This document shows positions 36,922 through 47,410 of a stretch of 64,000 nt of DNA, one piece after another. Positions within the stretch are counted from its first letter, which is position 1. Every line of letters starts with the position of its first letter. The DNA comes from Alphaproteobacteria bacterium. Lineage in GTDB: Bacteria; Pseudomonadota; Alphaproteobacteria; UBA9219. Under the pieces are notes generated by a model. That model was not told where the DNA came from. It did no database searches and saw only the letters and a list, made by a program, of their open reading frames with translations. Made by a program: the position numbers and the translations under genes. The stretch is from positions 11,526 through 75,525 of the forward strand of contig JAQUHK010000001.1 in NCBI GenBank assembly GCA_028683655.1, in the 5' to 3' direction.

Positions 36922-37248
36922 GTGAATCGGCCAGAGAGAGACGGGGAGATGATCGAGTCGATTGGCACTGCTGCATCTGGAAACGTCGGCGTTGTGAAAA
37001 CAGCCGCGGCGTCTTCGTCTGCCTCGGCGTCATCCGGCAGTGGCAGCGGAGTCGTCTCTGAGCCTATTTCTCCGCGCATGATGGAAGATCCCGTGGCGGG
37101 CGTGGTAATTGCTCAATATCTTTCATCCGATGGCAATATCGCCAGCCAGTTTCCCTCCAGCACCGTCGTCGCTTATCTGCGTTCCGGTCTGTCGGCCACG
37201 GGCCTGCCTATTCACGATCAAGCTGCGTCCGTCCAATCGGAAGTCTAA
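36922..37248 (+). CDS. hypothetical protein, possibly FlaG-like flagellar protein
   Basis: Small Ser/Ala-rich protein next to the flagellin locus. The C-terminus loosely resembles FlaG. Confidence 0.3.
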   Translation: MNRPERDGEMIESIGTAASGNVGVVKTAAASSSASASSGSGSGVVSEPISPRMMEDPVAGVVIAQYLSSDGNIASQFPSSTVVAYLRSGLSATGLPIHDQAASVQSEV

Positions 37249-37358
37249 CCCTCCTTCTATGTTGTGCTCCGCCATGCCCCGCCTTCAAAGCGGGGTTTTT
37301 TATGGGCATAAAAAAGCCTCCGACTTGGGGCCGGAGGCTTTGAGGATGGGGGGGTGGG

Positions 37359-37910
37359 TTACTCTGCGCCGGTGTTGTCGGTGCCGGTTGGGGTGGTGTC
37401 GCCAGAGGTGCGGCGGGCTTTGTGGGCTTGGATCTTTTCCTTGATCTCAGCAGTTTTTTCCTGATGGGCGGCTTGCGCGGCTGCGCGGCCTTCTCTGGCT
37501 TTCGCGCGCAAGGCCTTTGCCTTTTCAACATCGGCCTTCAATTGTTCAACTTCGGGCTTCATCTTCTCGCGCATGGTCTTGATCTTTTCGCGGTCAACTT
37601 TCAAGGTATCGCGGCGGGTTTTAATTTTTTCCTGAAGAGCCTTCATCTCAGCCTTCTCGGCGTCGGTCAGAGCCGCTTTGGCTGTTGTCGCCGCTGCCTG
37701 TGAAGAGGTCGTGTCGGCAGCATAAAGCGGGGCTGGTGCAAAGAGTGTCAGCAAGGCAAGGCAAAGCAGGGCGTGGCGCAGGGTGAGTATGAAGGGGCCT
37801 CTTGAGAGAGAAAGGGGAGGGGGAAGAAAAGAACCGCGCTTATTCTTCCAGCCTTTTCCCTTTCTGGCAAGTGAGGCTTTGCGTATGTGTTTTACACCAC
37901 ATCTTCCCAA
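37359..37910 (-). CDS. secreted coiled-coil protein (hypothetical)
   Basis: Hydrophobic signal-like segment LLCLALLTLFAPAPLYAADTT followed by a K/E/A-rich helical region. The true start is uncertain. Confidence 0.4.
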   Translation of the reverse strand: MGRCGVKHIRKASLARKGKGWKNKRGSFLPPPLSLSRGPFILTLRHALLCLALLTLFAPAPLYAADTTSSQAAATTAKAALTDAEKAEMKALQEKIKTRRDTLKVDREKIKTMREKMKPEVEQLKADVEKAKALRAKAREGRAAAQAAHQEKTAEIKEKIQAHKARRTSGDTTPTGTDNTGAE

Positions 37911-39013
37911 AGGCGGCGAACGGTGGCGGGATCGACATCGTTGGCGATGAAGGCCTGTCCGATCCCCTTGGCGAGGATCAGCGTCAGCTTGCCGTCGCGC
38001 GCTTTCTTGTCTTGAGCCATCAGGGCCATCAGCTCGCTGATGTTATAGTCCATGACGGGCGGCGTAACGGGAAGGCCCAAGTTGGTGAAGTGGGTTTGGA
38101 CCGTTTGGGCGTCTTCGGGCGGGCAAAGCCCCATGCGGACGGACAAATCGAAAGCCATGACCATGCCGACAGCAACGGCCTCGCCGTGAAGAAGCGAGCC
38201 GTCATAGCCCGTGGTGCTTTCAAGGGGGTGGGCAAAAGTGTGGCCGAGATTGAGGAGGGCGCGGGTGCCGGCCTCGCGTTCGTCCTGCGCCACAATCGCA
38301 GCCTTGTAGGCGCAGCTTTTTTGAACGGCATAGGCGCGGGCGGCGGCGTCGCCATGCAAAAGCTGGGTCGCGTGCTGGTCGCACCAGTCGAAGAAGGCGC
38401 GATCCTGAATCAGGCCGTACTTGACGATCTCGGCATAACCCGAGGCAATTTCCCGTGCGGGCAGGGAGTCCAGCGTGGCGATATCGGCAATCACGATACG
38501 GGGTTGGTAAAACGTCCCGACGGTGTTTTTGCCGTAAAGACTATTGATGCCGGTCTTGCCACCGACCGAGCTGTCCACCTGTGCCAGCAGCGTCGTCGGG
38601 ATTTGCACAAAATCAAGGCCGCGCAGCATGATGGAGGCCGTAAAGCCCGTCAGATCGCCGATCACGCCGCCGCCCAGCGCGATGAGCAGCGTACCTCGAT
38701 CAATATTCCGTTCGAAAAGATGCCCCGACAGCTCGTGCATGATGGGCAGGCTTTTGGCCGACTCGCCAGCCGGAATGATAATGGAGGGCAGAACGTCGTG
38801 TCCGGCAACCGTCAGGACGGCTTCAAGCCTTTTCAGGAAAAGAGGGGCGACCTTGTCGTCCGTGATGATGATGCTCCGCCTGGGCCCCAGCTTGCGGGCA
38901 ATCAGCTCTCCCGCCTTGCCCAGAAGGTCGTGGCCGATCACGATGTCGTACTCGCGCGGAACGGGGGGCAGGTCGATATGGATGACGTCAGTGCTGATCG
39001 GGGGCGTAGCCAT
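37892..39013 (-). CDS. aroB: 3-dehydroquinate synthase
   Basis: Full-length AroB similarity with NAD/metal-binding motifs. Confidence 0.9.
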   Translation of the reverse strand: MATPPISTDVIHIDLPPVPREYDIVIGHDLLGKAGELIARKLGPRRSIIITDDKVAPLFLKRLEAVLTVAGHDVLPSIIIPAGESAKSLPIMHELSGHLFERNIDRGTLLIALGGGVIGDLTGFTASIMLRGLDFVQIPTTLLAQVDSSVGGKTGINSLYGKNTVGTFYQPRIVIADIATLDSLPAREIASGYAEIVKYGLIQDRAFFDWCDQHATQLLHGDAAARAYAVQKSCAYKAAIVAQDEREAGTRALLNLGHTFAHPLESTTGYDGSLLHGEAVAVGMVMAFDLSVRMGLCPPEDAQTVQTHFTNLGLPVTPPVMDYNISELMALMAQDKKARDGKLTLILAKGIGQAFIANDVDPATVRRLWEDVV

Positions 39014-39022
39014 GGGCGGAAC

Positions 39023-39586
39023 TCATGAGGCGGAGAGGAAGGGAGCAAGGGCCTGAACGACGCGCTCGGTCGTGGCATCGATGGGGACATCGTCGCTGGA
39101 AACGGTCAGATCGGCAAGCGCAAAGGTTGGCTCGCGCTTGTCCATCAGGTCGCGCAGGATGGATGCGGGATCGCCTTTTTGAAGAAGAGGGCGGTCATTG
39201 GTGCGTGCGGTGCGCTCAAGAAGAATATCAAAATCGGCCTTCAACCATATGGAGATGCCTTCTTTTTTGATGAGCTCGCGCGTCTGTTCATTCATGAAGG
39301 CCCCGCCGCCGGTCGAGATAACCTGTTTCGGGCCGCCGAGCAGACGGGCGATCACCTTGCGCTCGCCGTCCCGAAAAGCGGGTTCGCCGAGCTTTTCAAA
39401 AATCTGGGGAATGCTCATGCCCGCGGCGGCTTCGACCTCGTGATCGGAATCGCAAAAGCCCAGCCCGAGACAGGTCGCCAGTCTACGTCCGATCGTCGTC
39501 TTGCCCGCGCCGGGCATGCCGATCAGGACGAGGCTCTTGGAAAGCTCTTTTCCGGTTGCGATATGGTTCACGTTTACGGCCCGCAC
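39023..39586 (-). CDS. aroK: shikimate kinase
   Basis: Walker A LVLIGMPGAGKTTIGRRLA. The long ATG-initiated ORF to 39829 would overlap the divergent gene, so a GTG start near 39586 is preferred. Confidence 0.75.
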   Translation of the reverse strand: MRAVNVNHIATGKELSKSLVLIGMPGAGKTTIGRRLATCLGLGFCDSDHEVEAAAGMSIPQIFEKLGEPAFRDGERKVIARLLGGPKQVISTGGGAFMNEQTRELIKKEGISIWLKADFDILLERTARTNDRPLLQKGDPASILRDLMDKREPTFALADLTVSSDDVPIDATTERVVQALAPFLSAS

Positions 39587-39820
39587 ATCAAATTTCTGTG
39601 CCGTATTTATGACAGGAGATTTCAGGCCCCGCAACAAAGCGTTTTCCCGGAAGAGAAGATATACTCGGTTTCCTTGGAAAGCCGAGTATGCCTTGCCTGC
39701 AAAAAACAAGCGGTCACGAAGTGATCCGCCTTTTTTGCAGGGGTTTTTTTCGGGTTTCAAAGAAACCCAACAATAAGGTAAACTCTGCCGGCTCAAGCGT
39801 GACTGGAAGGGGATGTACCT

Positions 39821-42115
39821 ATGAAACAAGCGGTTTGGGGCTTATCAGTCCTGTTGTCGTTGGCCGTTCCGGCTGGGGTGACCTATGCGCAGGAAGAGGC
39901 GACGCCCTCGATGACCGATTTGTCTGCCAATCAGGCTTCGACGGCTCCATCGGCTTCTCAGGCGACAAGCGATGTCGTGGACGATCGCGAAGCCAGCTTC
40001 CTGCGGCCCCCCGCTTCGATCCTGCCCTTGCCTGAGCCTGCCGCCAAGACCGAGCCTGTGGTCGAGGTGCCGGAGGCTGCGGCGGCCCCCGTTGCTGCGG
40101 CCAAGGTGCAACCTGAAGCCCAGGTCGCGCCAGCCGCCGCTTCCAATATCAACAAACAATCGTCGCCGCCGCTCACAACCCCACCACCGATGAAGCAGAA
40201 GGCGGCTAAACCGGTGGCCAACGCCGCCGCCGAGGCTTCGGTTGTAACGGCTAAGGCCGCGCCCATGCCCCCGATCAAGCCCGTTGTGATCGAAGCGCCG
40301 GTGGCGGCTTCCGGCACCGATTTGCCCCCGCCTGTTGTTGTCGAGGGAACGGCGTCTGTCGCTGCCTCAAGCGGAGCTTCGTCTGTCCAGCCCGAGGCCC
40401 CCGTTGTTGTGCCCTCTGCGGGGGGAGCGACCCCATCCCCGCCTGCCGCTGTTGTCCCGACCACCGTTCCGGCTTCGATTGCAACACCCGTTGCGGCGAC
40501 TTCGCTTGCCGATATCGATCCCGAATCGATTGGGTTGCTATCGGCATCAAACGGGGGGCTGGGGGCTTCGCTTTGGAAAGAAACGTCGCGGCTTTTGGTG
40601 GATCGTTTGATGCCTTCGGTGGGCTTGCCGACCGCCTCGGCCACCATGAATGAATTGGCTCGTCGCTTGTTTATGTCCACGGCGGCTCCTCCGGCCTTGG
40701 CTGGCGGTGAGAAACCCTCCCGCAGCCTGTTGGCCCAGCGTCTGGAGGCCCTGATGGCCCTTGGGGCCGTGACGGAGGCGTGGAAAATGGCCGTGCAGGC
40801 CGATCCGCGTCTGGTCGATCCTGTGACCCTCCGTCAGTTGACCGAGGCCGCCTTGATCGGGCCGGATAGCAAAGAGATTTGCGACAAGATTCCTTCGCTT
40901 ATGGCGGCGCATGCCAAGACGGCGGAGAGTGGCAATGAATGGCAAAAATCGTTACTTGTCTGCCAGTTGCGGGATGGAGATAAGAAAGCGGTTCAGCTTG
41001 GCATCGACATGATGCGCGACCAGCAAGAGGGGGGTGTGCGCGACGCGATTTTCCTCTCGCTGCTCAGCAAGAATGCGCTGGGTGGCAGTGACAAATTGCC
41101 GCGCCAGATGACGCCGCTCAAGCCTTCCGTCCTTGCCGTGTTGCGCCAATTGAACCTCCCCTTGGCGTCAGAGCTTTATGTGCGCGCCGATGCTGTTTTG
41201 ATCCCGGAACTTCTCAAGACAAAGGCGGTGGATGAAAAGGCGCGTCTTGAGCTGGCTGAACGCGCTGCGGGGCAGGGCCTTTTAACGGCAGCCCAGCTTG
41301 CCGCTGCTTATCAAAGCGTCCCCTTCAAGCCGCAGGAGCTGGAGGATGCCGCCGGGTTGCTGGATGTCTCGTCCGTCAGCCGTGCCAAAGCCTATCAAGC
41401 TGCGCTGATGGCTGCCGATCCTTCCAAGAAAGTCGAGCTGGTACAAAAAGGTATGACTGGTCTTGATGACGTTACTTTAGCTGGAAGTCACGCAATCCTT
41501 CTGTCCGGCCTTCTGGATTCGGTGCCCGTGACGGTTGCTCAGGGCGCTTTTGCTTCGCAGGCTGCGCGGCTTTATGCGTTGGCCGGGCAGCCCGACAAGG
41601 CGACGGCATGGCTCGGCATCGCCCATGGGGCAACAGCACAGGAGGTCATAAAATCTTTGGCCCAAAACTGGCCGCTGTTTGCTTTGTCTGGCCTTGTGCC
41701 GGATGCAGATTACGCGGCTGGCTTTAAAGGCTGGTTTGCTTCAGTCCGCCCCGTCGAAGCCGATGATGGCAACGCTCAGTACAACAAGCGTGAAAAGGCG
41801 GGGAAGGTCATGCTGCTTTTATCCGCCGCAGGCTATGGCGTGCCCGAGGAGGGCTGGATCGAGGTGATCGAGGGTGGGCCGCTGGTCCGTCAATATGATC
41901 CCTCACCGGTCTTGCTGGAACGCATGCGCCAAGCCGCCTCAGCGGGTCGCAAGGGCGAAGCCGTCTTGCTCGGCCTGTCCATGGTTGGCAGCGGCAAGGA
42001 AGATGTGCCTTTCGGGCTCTGGGTCGAGCTTGTCCGCGCCTTGCGTCTTGTCGGCCTGCAAGTCGAATCTCGCGCCTTGGCGCGCGAGATCCTTCTGCGC
42101 TTGTCGCTTCTTTAA
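39821..42115 (+). CDS. large secreted protein: Pro/Ala/Val-rich N-terminal half and Ala/Leu-rich helical C-terminal half (hypothetical)
   Basis: Signal peptide MKQAVWGLSVLLSLAVPAGVTYA. About 250 aa of low complexity PAAxVxP, then a structured domain. Confidence 0.55.
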   Translation: MKQAVWGLSVLLSLAVPAGVTYAQEEATPSMTDLSANQASTAPSASQATSDVVDDREASFLRPPASILPLPEPAAKTEPVVEVPEAAAAPVAAAKVQPEAQVAPAAASNINKQSSPPLTTPPPMKQKAAKPVANAAAEASVVTAKAAPMPPIKPVVIEAPVAASGTDLPPPVVVEGTASVAASSGASSVQPEAPVVVPSAGGATPSPPAAVVPTTVPASIATPVAATSLADIDPESIGLLSASNGGLGASLWKETSRLLVDRLMPSVGLPTASATMNELARRLFMSTAAPPALAGGEKPSRSLLAQRLEALMALGAVTEAWKMAVQADPRLVDPVTLRQLTEAALIGPDSKEICDKIPSLMAAHAKTAESGNEWQKSLLVCQLRDGDKKAVQLGIDMMRDQQEGGVRDAIFLSLLSKNALGGSDKLPRQMTPLKPSVLAVLRQLNLPLASELYVRADAVLIPELLKTKAVDEKARLELAERAAGQGLLTAAQLAAAYQSVPFKPQELEDAAGLLDVSSVSRAKAYQAALMAADPSKKVELVQKGMTGLDDVTLAGSHAILLSGLLDSVPVTVAQGAFASQAARLYALAGQPDKATAWLGIAHGATAQEVIKSLAQNWPLFALSGLVPDADYAAGFKGWFASVRPVEADDGNAQYNKREKAGKVMLLLSAAGYGVPEEGWIEVIEGGPLVRQYDPSPVLLERMRQAASAGRKGEAVLLGLSMVGSGKEDVPFGLWVELVRALRLVGLQVESRALAREILLRLSLL

Positions 42116-42128
42116 GTTGTGTTGAAGA

Positions 42129-42719
42129 CTAACGAGTCGTCAATTCTCTCAAAGGCAGAGAGGCGCGGGGCTTGGGGGTTTCTTGTCTTCTAAGCTGGTC
42201 TATCAAGCCAGCTTGCGTCGCGTAAAGGAAAATGCCGTTGACGGGGTCAAGGATGCAACGTTCCTGAACGCTTTCAAGGGTGAGCCCTGAATCGATCTGG
42301 TGAACCGTGCGTGCCGCTGTCCAGCAAACGGTTTCGGCGGCACTTTTCTCATTCCCCAACGCTGTGGCAATGACGTTAAGCCTGTCTTTCTCCGTTTTTT
42401 CATAAGTATTAGCCATGGCCAGAAACCACGTTTTAAAACGTATCGTGGCTGACAGGGCTTGCCACGGGTCTGCCGTGTTGCAGGCGTTAAAGCCGGATTC
42501 GACAAAAGCGGTTTCTTGCGTACTGTCCGCCTTGAAGTTGCCCTGTTCGACCAGATAGGCGGCGGTGCCGAGAACATAATTCCCGCACACTTGTTGGCGA
42601 GCGTTGACAAAGGCCTTATGAAGGGGGGCATAGGAAGGTGGTGGAGCAGCTTGAGCGGATAGGCCGATCAAGGTAGAGGTAAGAAACGCAAAGGCGATCA
42701 TAAGATAGCGGCGGTTCAT
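42129..42719 (-). CDS. secreted hypothetical protein
   Basis: Signal peptide MNRRYLMIAFAFLTSTLIGLSAQA. Confidence 0.45.
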   Translation of the reverse strand: MNRRYLMIAFAFLTSTLIGLSAQAAPPPSYAPLHKAFVNARQQVCGNYVLGTAAYLVEQGNFKADSTQETAFVESGFNACNTADPWQALSATIRFKTWFLAMANTYEKTEKDRLNVIATALGNEKSAAETVCWTAARTVHQIDSGLTLESVQERCILDPVNGIFLYATQAGLIDQLRRQETPKPRASLPLRELTTR

Positions 42720-43411
42720 GGCGGGAGCAACTGGCGGTTTGTTGTAACGGCGGTTGGCGCAGGGGTCCCTTTGGGTGCAGCTACAGCTGTCATCCTTGAC
42801 ACAAGGCCGGAGGCATAGAGGAAATATTGGGCTCCGTAAACAGGCGTGGTTTCACACAGGCCGGAGGCGGAAGGATTAATAGGACGGCCACTGTTTTGGG
42901 CAAGACTGCGTCCGGCCTGACATAATTCCGTTGCCGTCAGGTCAACAATTCCCTGAAGGCCGGTTTCTCTTAGCTGGGCGCGATTGTCGTCGAGATCTGT
43001 CATGAGGAAGGAGGCCAACCGCACACGATAGCGGATACTTGCCGTCAGAGCCTTTTTGTAGTTTTCCCGGTAGTCGCAATTTTTCTGGGACTCTTGCAAA
43101 AAACGATTCTGTGCCCGTGCTGAATGAAGCGTGCCCGCTTCACGCATGTAATCGGACAAGATCGAGGCCGTCGTCGAGCATTCGACGGATGAGGTGTCGA
43201 GATATTGTTCTTCTAACGCCTGATAGTCGGCCTCAAATCCGGCCACGGCAGGCGCAAGATGAAGCGGCGGAAGGTTAACCTCCTTTGCTGTCTGCGGTTG
43301 GGGCGCAGGAGATGAAGGGCCGGTCGTACATCCGGCGCAAAAAAGTGTAGCGGCGGCGGCAAGGGGCCACAACCAACGTACGGGCGAAGAGGCTTTACTG
43401 TGGGAAGACAT
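42716..43411 (-). CDS. hypothetical lipoprotein
   Basis: Lipobox LFCAGC. The start overlaps the stop of the downstream gene. Confidence 0.45.
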   Translation of the reverse strand: MSSHSKASSPVRWLWPLAAAATLFCAGCTTGPSSPAPQPQTAKEVNLPPLHLAPAVAGFEADYQALEEQYLDTSSVECSTTASILSDYMREAGTLHSARAQNRFLQESQKNCDYRENYKKALTASIRYRVRLASFLMTDLDDNRAQLRETGLQGIVDLTATELCQAGRSLAQNSGRPINPSASGLCETTPVYGAQYFLYASGLVSRMTAVAAPKGTPAPTAVTTNRQLLPP

Positions 43412-43685
43412 GGGTAATTCCTTAAAGCAAGGGCGGACTATACGCCTTTATCCGTTTCGCGTAAAGAACGGCATTGCTTGCAAGGAGAGGGACGTAGCAG
43501 GGTTAAAACGACATTTCTACCCTCTGTAGAAAACAATACCTAATGCGGGATCATGGGCACCCCTTTTGGACGTTTTTATTCCTTCTGGCCATTTCCCCCT
43601 ACCGGCCCCTTTTCGCCTCTCTGCGCGCCGAAAAAGGGCCTTTCTGACGAGTAACCAAGAAGGACTGTTCGAAGCGCATAGTCTT

Positions 43686-44720
43686 CTAAGGACAGGCACT
43701 TGTAGGCATGCACTGGCTAAATGCAGGCTTGATTGTGCCAACTTGACTTCCTGGTGAGCAATAATAGAGCATACAGCCAGTCTGCCCATTTGAGGTTACG
43801 CATGGTTCCGTCCATGACGTGTTGGCCGCATGAAGGGTTGTTCCGGCAACACAGTCGCCATAGTTCACGGTTTGTGGTTGATCCGTCGCAGCGGCAGTCC
43901 CACTCGGGTAAAGTTCACCACTTAGGGAGTTGTTTTGTTCAAGAGAAGGTGTTTGTTGTGTTGATGTGGCTGGTGTGCAGACCGTAACACTTTCGGTGGC
44001 TTGCACAAGGGCTGAAGTAACAGACTGAATGGACATTCTGTATCGGCGAACAATATCCCACGCCTTTACCAACGTTGCTTTGGCTGTGTCGCACACACCA
44101 TCTCGAGCCTCCCCTTCAGCTTGGAGGGCGAGCTTGATCGCTTCTTCTTTTGCTAAACTAAGCGAAGGGTCCGTTTCCTTGCAATTTTCAACCATATCTG
44201 CAAGCTGCGTTTTTATTAATGAGATGGAGATATAACCATTCAGGTTATTAGCCTCAGCCTTGCCAATAAAACTATTGTATGCGGCTAGTCCTTCAGGACA
44301 CTCACCGTTTTTGAAATGCGCCTGACTCGTCAAAGCAAGATTCATAGCAAGAGTCAACGGCGTGTCTTCTCTTCCAAGTAATTTGTTGGCATAGGATGAG
44401 ACACCAGTAAGACCAGAAACACCACGGCATTGGGCAATAGATCTCGCCGCCGCTTCCACTTGTATATTTTCAACGCTATTTTGCGTAACAAAAGCGGATA
44501 ATTTGTTAAAATAGCGCTCGGCCTCGTCACATGCTTTTCTAGATGACGCTAGAATAACCTGATTCAACAGCATGTCTGCTTTGCGGCGATTGTTCATCTG
44601 TGTGATAGTGGTATTTTCAGCAGCCCAACTCGCTGGAGAGCACGTTACAGACAAAGCAATAAGCGTCAAAAGGAGCACGGTGTTTCGCGATGGTATTTTT
44701 CTGTATGTGGAGCAGGGCAT
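43686..44720 (-). CDS. secreted hypothetical protein (344 aa)
   Basis: Signal peptide. Helical and Cys-containing. No family recognised. Confidence 0.45.
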   Translation of the reverse strand: MPCSTYRKIPSRNTVLLLTLIALSVTCSPASWAAENTTITQMNNRRKADMLLNQVILASSRKACDEAERYFNKLSAFVTQNSVENIQVEAAARSIAQCRGVSGLTGVSSYANKLLGREDTPLTLAMNLALTSQAHFKNGECPEGLAAYNSFIGKAEANNLNGYISISLIKTQLADMVENCKETDPSLSLAKEEAIKLALQAEGEARDGVCDTAKATLVKAWDIVRRYRMSIQSVTSALVQATESVTVCTPATSTQQTPSLEQNNSLSGELYPSGTAAATDQPQTVNYGDCVAGTTLHAANTSWTEPCVTSNGQTGCMLYYCSPGSQVGTIKPAFSQCMPTSACP

Positions 44721-44911
44721 ATCATCCTCAAGTGTTAATCGGTTAGAATTATTAGGATAGGAGGAAGGTTACAAAGATAATGTAAGGGTTCTCCATGTCT
44801 TCCCTGGAAGAGCATTATGGATGACGTAACTTGCGGAAGTATTAATTTGTTTTCTGATTCAGAGCTTAATATTTTCTTAAGCTGGGTAATAGAAAATAAG
44901 TTGTCGTATTT

Positions 44912-45454
44912 ATGGAGGGTATATCTATGTTAACGAAATGTCGTGCCATTTCTTTTTCTTTGGTTTTTGCGGTGCTGTTCTCAAGTCCTTCGCAAGCTGC
45001 GGTTGATCAGGGTACCTTTTGTTCTCCATCAGAACCACTGAATGGGGCTTATTGTTTGAACCAGACATGTTCCCCTGCACAGCTTGGGGCATCAATGTTA
45101 GACAAAGACATGCAGAACGTCGTTGTTTGTCTGAAGGATGCATCGTCGGGGCGAAATATCTGGAAAGCCATGAATGGCACGGCGGTAACGCAGTCCGTTG
45201 GTGGCGGTGGCGCGGTTATTACACTGTATAATACGGCGGCGTGTCCTGCTGGCTGGACTCCTGTGTTTTCGGGACAGGCTTACGCGGGGGTTGTAAGTGC
45301 GGGTGTGACGGGCACTGCGGCGACGGATGTTTTCTGTGCCCCCGCGTCGCTGGGAACATCGGGCGTGGCTAATGTGGGGGTTAACCTTAAGAGTGTTTAT
45401 TATGATGTTGGGGGTAGCGACGTAACAATGAGTTGTATCATGTGTTCTAAATAG
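44912..45454 (+). CDS. secreted Cys-rich hypothetical protein
   Basis: Signal peptide. Ten Cys residues. Gly/Ala/Thr-rich. Confidence 0.45.
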   Translation: MEGISMLTKCRAISFSLVFAVLFSSPSQAAVDQGTFCSPSEPLNGAYCLNQTCSPAQLGASMLDKDMQNVVVCLKDASSGRNIWKAMNGTAVTQSVGGGGAVITLYNTAACPAGWTPVFSGQAYAGVVSAGVTGTAATDVFCAPASLGTSGVANVGVNLKSVYYDVGGSDVTMSCIMCSK

Positions 45455-45497
45455 AAGGCTAGGGACGCATTTGAGTTAAACCCAAACAGTCATAGGA

Positions 45498-46421
45498 ATG
45501 GCGTTTGTGACGTTGCCCTTTCTTGATGCTTTTCTCGATATGCTGCTGGCCGAGCGCAATGCGGCGGTGAATACACGCCTCGCTTATCGGCGCGATCTGA
45601 TGGACGCAGCGGCTTTTTTGGCTGGGCGTAAGATCTCTTTGGAGAAGGCAGGCGAAGAGGATGTGCGGGCCTATATCGTATCTTTGAAAGACCTGTCGGC
45701 GCGTACGCAGGCGCGGCGGCTTTCCGCGCTGCGCCAGTATTTCCGTTTTCTCTGCTCCGAAAAACAGCGCGACGCCGACCCCACGCGCTGTATCGACGCG
45801 CCCAAACAGGGCCGCTCTTTGCCCAAGTATCTCGATGAAAAGGAAGTGTTCTCTCTGTTGAAAGTGGTTGGCCGGAAAAAGGGCTATGAGGGGGCACGCC
45901 TACGGGCGATGATGGAGCTGGTCTATGCGTCGGGCCTGCGCGTCAGCGAGCTGGTGAGCCTGCCCGCCCGCGCTGTTTTGTTTGATCGCGGCCTTGTGCA
46001 GGTGCGCGGCAAAGGCGGTAAGGAGCGCGTCGTGCCGCTGGGTGATCCGGCCATCGAAGCGTTGCGTGACTGGATGTTGTGCCGGCGGACCGAGGGCAAA
46101 CAGCTGCAATCTTCCGCCTTTCTGTTTCCGTCCGCCAGTTCGAAAACCGGTTATCTCACGCGCCAGCGGTTTTTCCAGCTGCTCAAGGGCATCGGAATCG
46201 AGGCTGGGGTCATGCCGGACCGCCTCAGCCCCCACGTTTTGCGCCATGCTTTCGCGACGCATCTGATCGAACATGGCGCGGACTTGCGAAGCGTCCAGAC
46301 CATGCTGGGCCACGCGGACATTGCCACCACCCAAATCTATACCCACGTCGCGAGCGACCGCCTGACCCAAACCGTCACCGCTCACCACCCGTTGGCCGGT
46401 CCACAGCGCAAGCGTAGGTAA
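45498..46421 (+). CDS. xerD: tyrosine recombinase XerD
   Basis: Full XerD pattern including R..HxxR..Y catalytic residues (LRHAFATHLIEHGADLRSVQTMLGHADIATTQIYTHV). Confidence 0.9.
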   Translation: MAFVTLPFLDAFLDMLLAERNAAVNTRLAYRRDLMDAAAFLAGRKISLEKAGEEDVRAYIVSLKDLSARTQARRLSALRQYFRFLCSEKQRDADPTRCIDAPKQGRSLPKYLDEKEVFSLLKVVGRKKGYEGARLRAMMELVYASGLRVSELVSLPARAVLFDRGLVQVRGKGGKERVVPLGDPAIEALRDWMLCRRTEGKQLQSSAFLFPSASSKTGYLTRQRFFQLLKGIGIEAGVMPDRLSPHVLRHAFATHLIEHGADLRSVQTMLGHADIATTQIYTHVASDRLTQTVTAHHPLAGPQRKRR

Positions 46422-46485
46422 AAGACGCATTCCCTCCTGCGCTGTTTTTTGATAGGAAGAAATTAGTTTTTGAAAGGATAAAACA

Positions 46486-47187
46486 ATGATTCAATCCCTT
46501 CTTCATCAAGCCGCCCTAACGGGCAAGGTCGTGATTGGTCTTTTTGGCGCAGGCGGCTGCGCGCGCGGTGTGATGCCGATTGTGGTCGAGACGATCAAAG
46601 CCGTTCAGGCCGCGCATCCCGATGTGACTTTCGAGCCTTATTTTGTCGAGCGGGAGCCCACAAAAGCAACCGTGAATGGCATTCCGCTTCTTTCCGAAGA
46701 AGCCTTCTTTGCCCTTGAGGCCGATACGCGCTTTTTCAATGTCGCGATTGCCGAGTCAAAGCTGCGTCAAAAGATCACGGAAACCTGTCTGGCGCGTGGC
46801 CTGCGTCCTTTGTCGCTCGCCGCGTCCCAGACGATTTGCTATGACGATGTGGAAGTGGGTGAGGGCGCGATCTTGTGCGCCAATACGATGCTGACTTCAA
46901 ATATCCGTATCGGGAAGTTTTTCCACGCTAACATCTATTCCTATGTCGAGCATGATTGCGTGATTGGTGACTATGTCACCTTCGCGCCCGCCGTGCGTTG
47001 CAATGGCAACGTGCATATCGGTGACCATGCCTATATCGGCACCGGCGCAATTCTCAAACAAGGCTCGCTGGACAAACCCTTGCGGATCGGGGAAGGGGCC
47101 ATCATTGGCATGGGGGCCGTCGTCACCAAAGAGGTCCCCGCCCACACCACCGTCGTCGGCAACCCCGCCCGCCCGATGGGCAAATAG
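46486..47187 (+). CDS. NeuD/PglD/WbpD-family sugar N- or O-acetyltransferase (left-handed beta-helix)
   Basis: N-terminal Rossmann-like GLFGAGG followed by hexapeptide repeats. Confidence 0.7.
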   Translation: MIQSLLHQAALTGKVVIGLFGAGGCARGVMPIVVETIKAVQAAHPDVTFEPYFVEREPTKATVNGIPLLSEEAFFALEADTRFFNVAIAESKLRQKITETCLARGLRPLSLAASQTICYDDVEVGEGAILCANTMLTSNIRIGKFFHANIYSYVEHDCVIGDYVTFAPAVRCNGNVHIGDHAYIGTGAILKQGSLDKPLRIGEGAIIGMGAVVTKEVPAHTTVVGNPARPMGK

Positions 47188-47410
47188 CGTCCTTCCCCCG
47201 TGCGCCGCGAGGCAACACGGCCCTAGAATCCAGATGTTTAGCCTCTGGCCGGTCGTCAGGCGGGGTGTATTATTAAGACTTTTTTATGCATGGTTCCGTA
47301 CACTGGTCGCACGTTGGTCTTGGCACGTGCCGTGGTTCATTTGGTGATGTTTGAATAGGGGTCTGATCTGTTATTGTCGTGCCAATTACCCCTTAATGAA
47401 AGGTTTTGAC

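Noticed and set aside
37802-39028. 408-aa plus-strand ORF overlapping aroB
   Set aside because: Antisense shadow of aroB. Gly/Arg/Asp-rich.
39587-39829. Long ATG-initiated N-terminal extension of aroK (to 39829)
   Set aside because: It would overlap the divergent gene starting at 39821. The extension is not protein-like. A GTG start just upstream of the Walker A is preferred.
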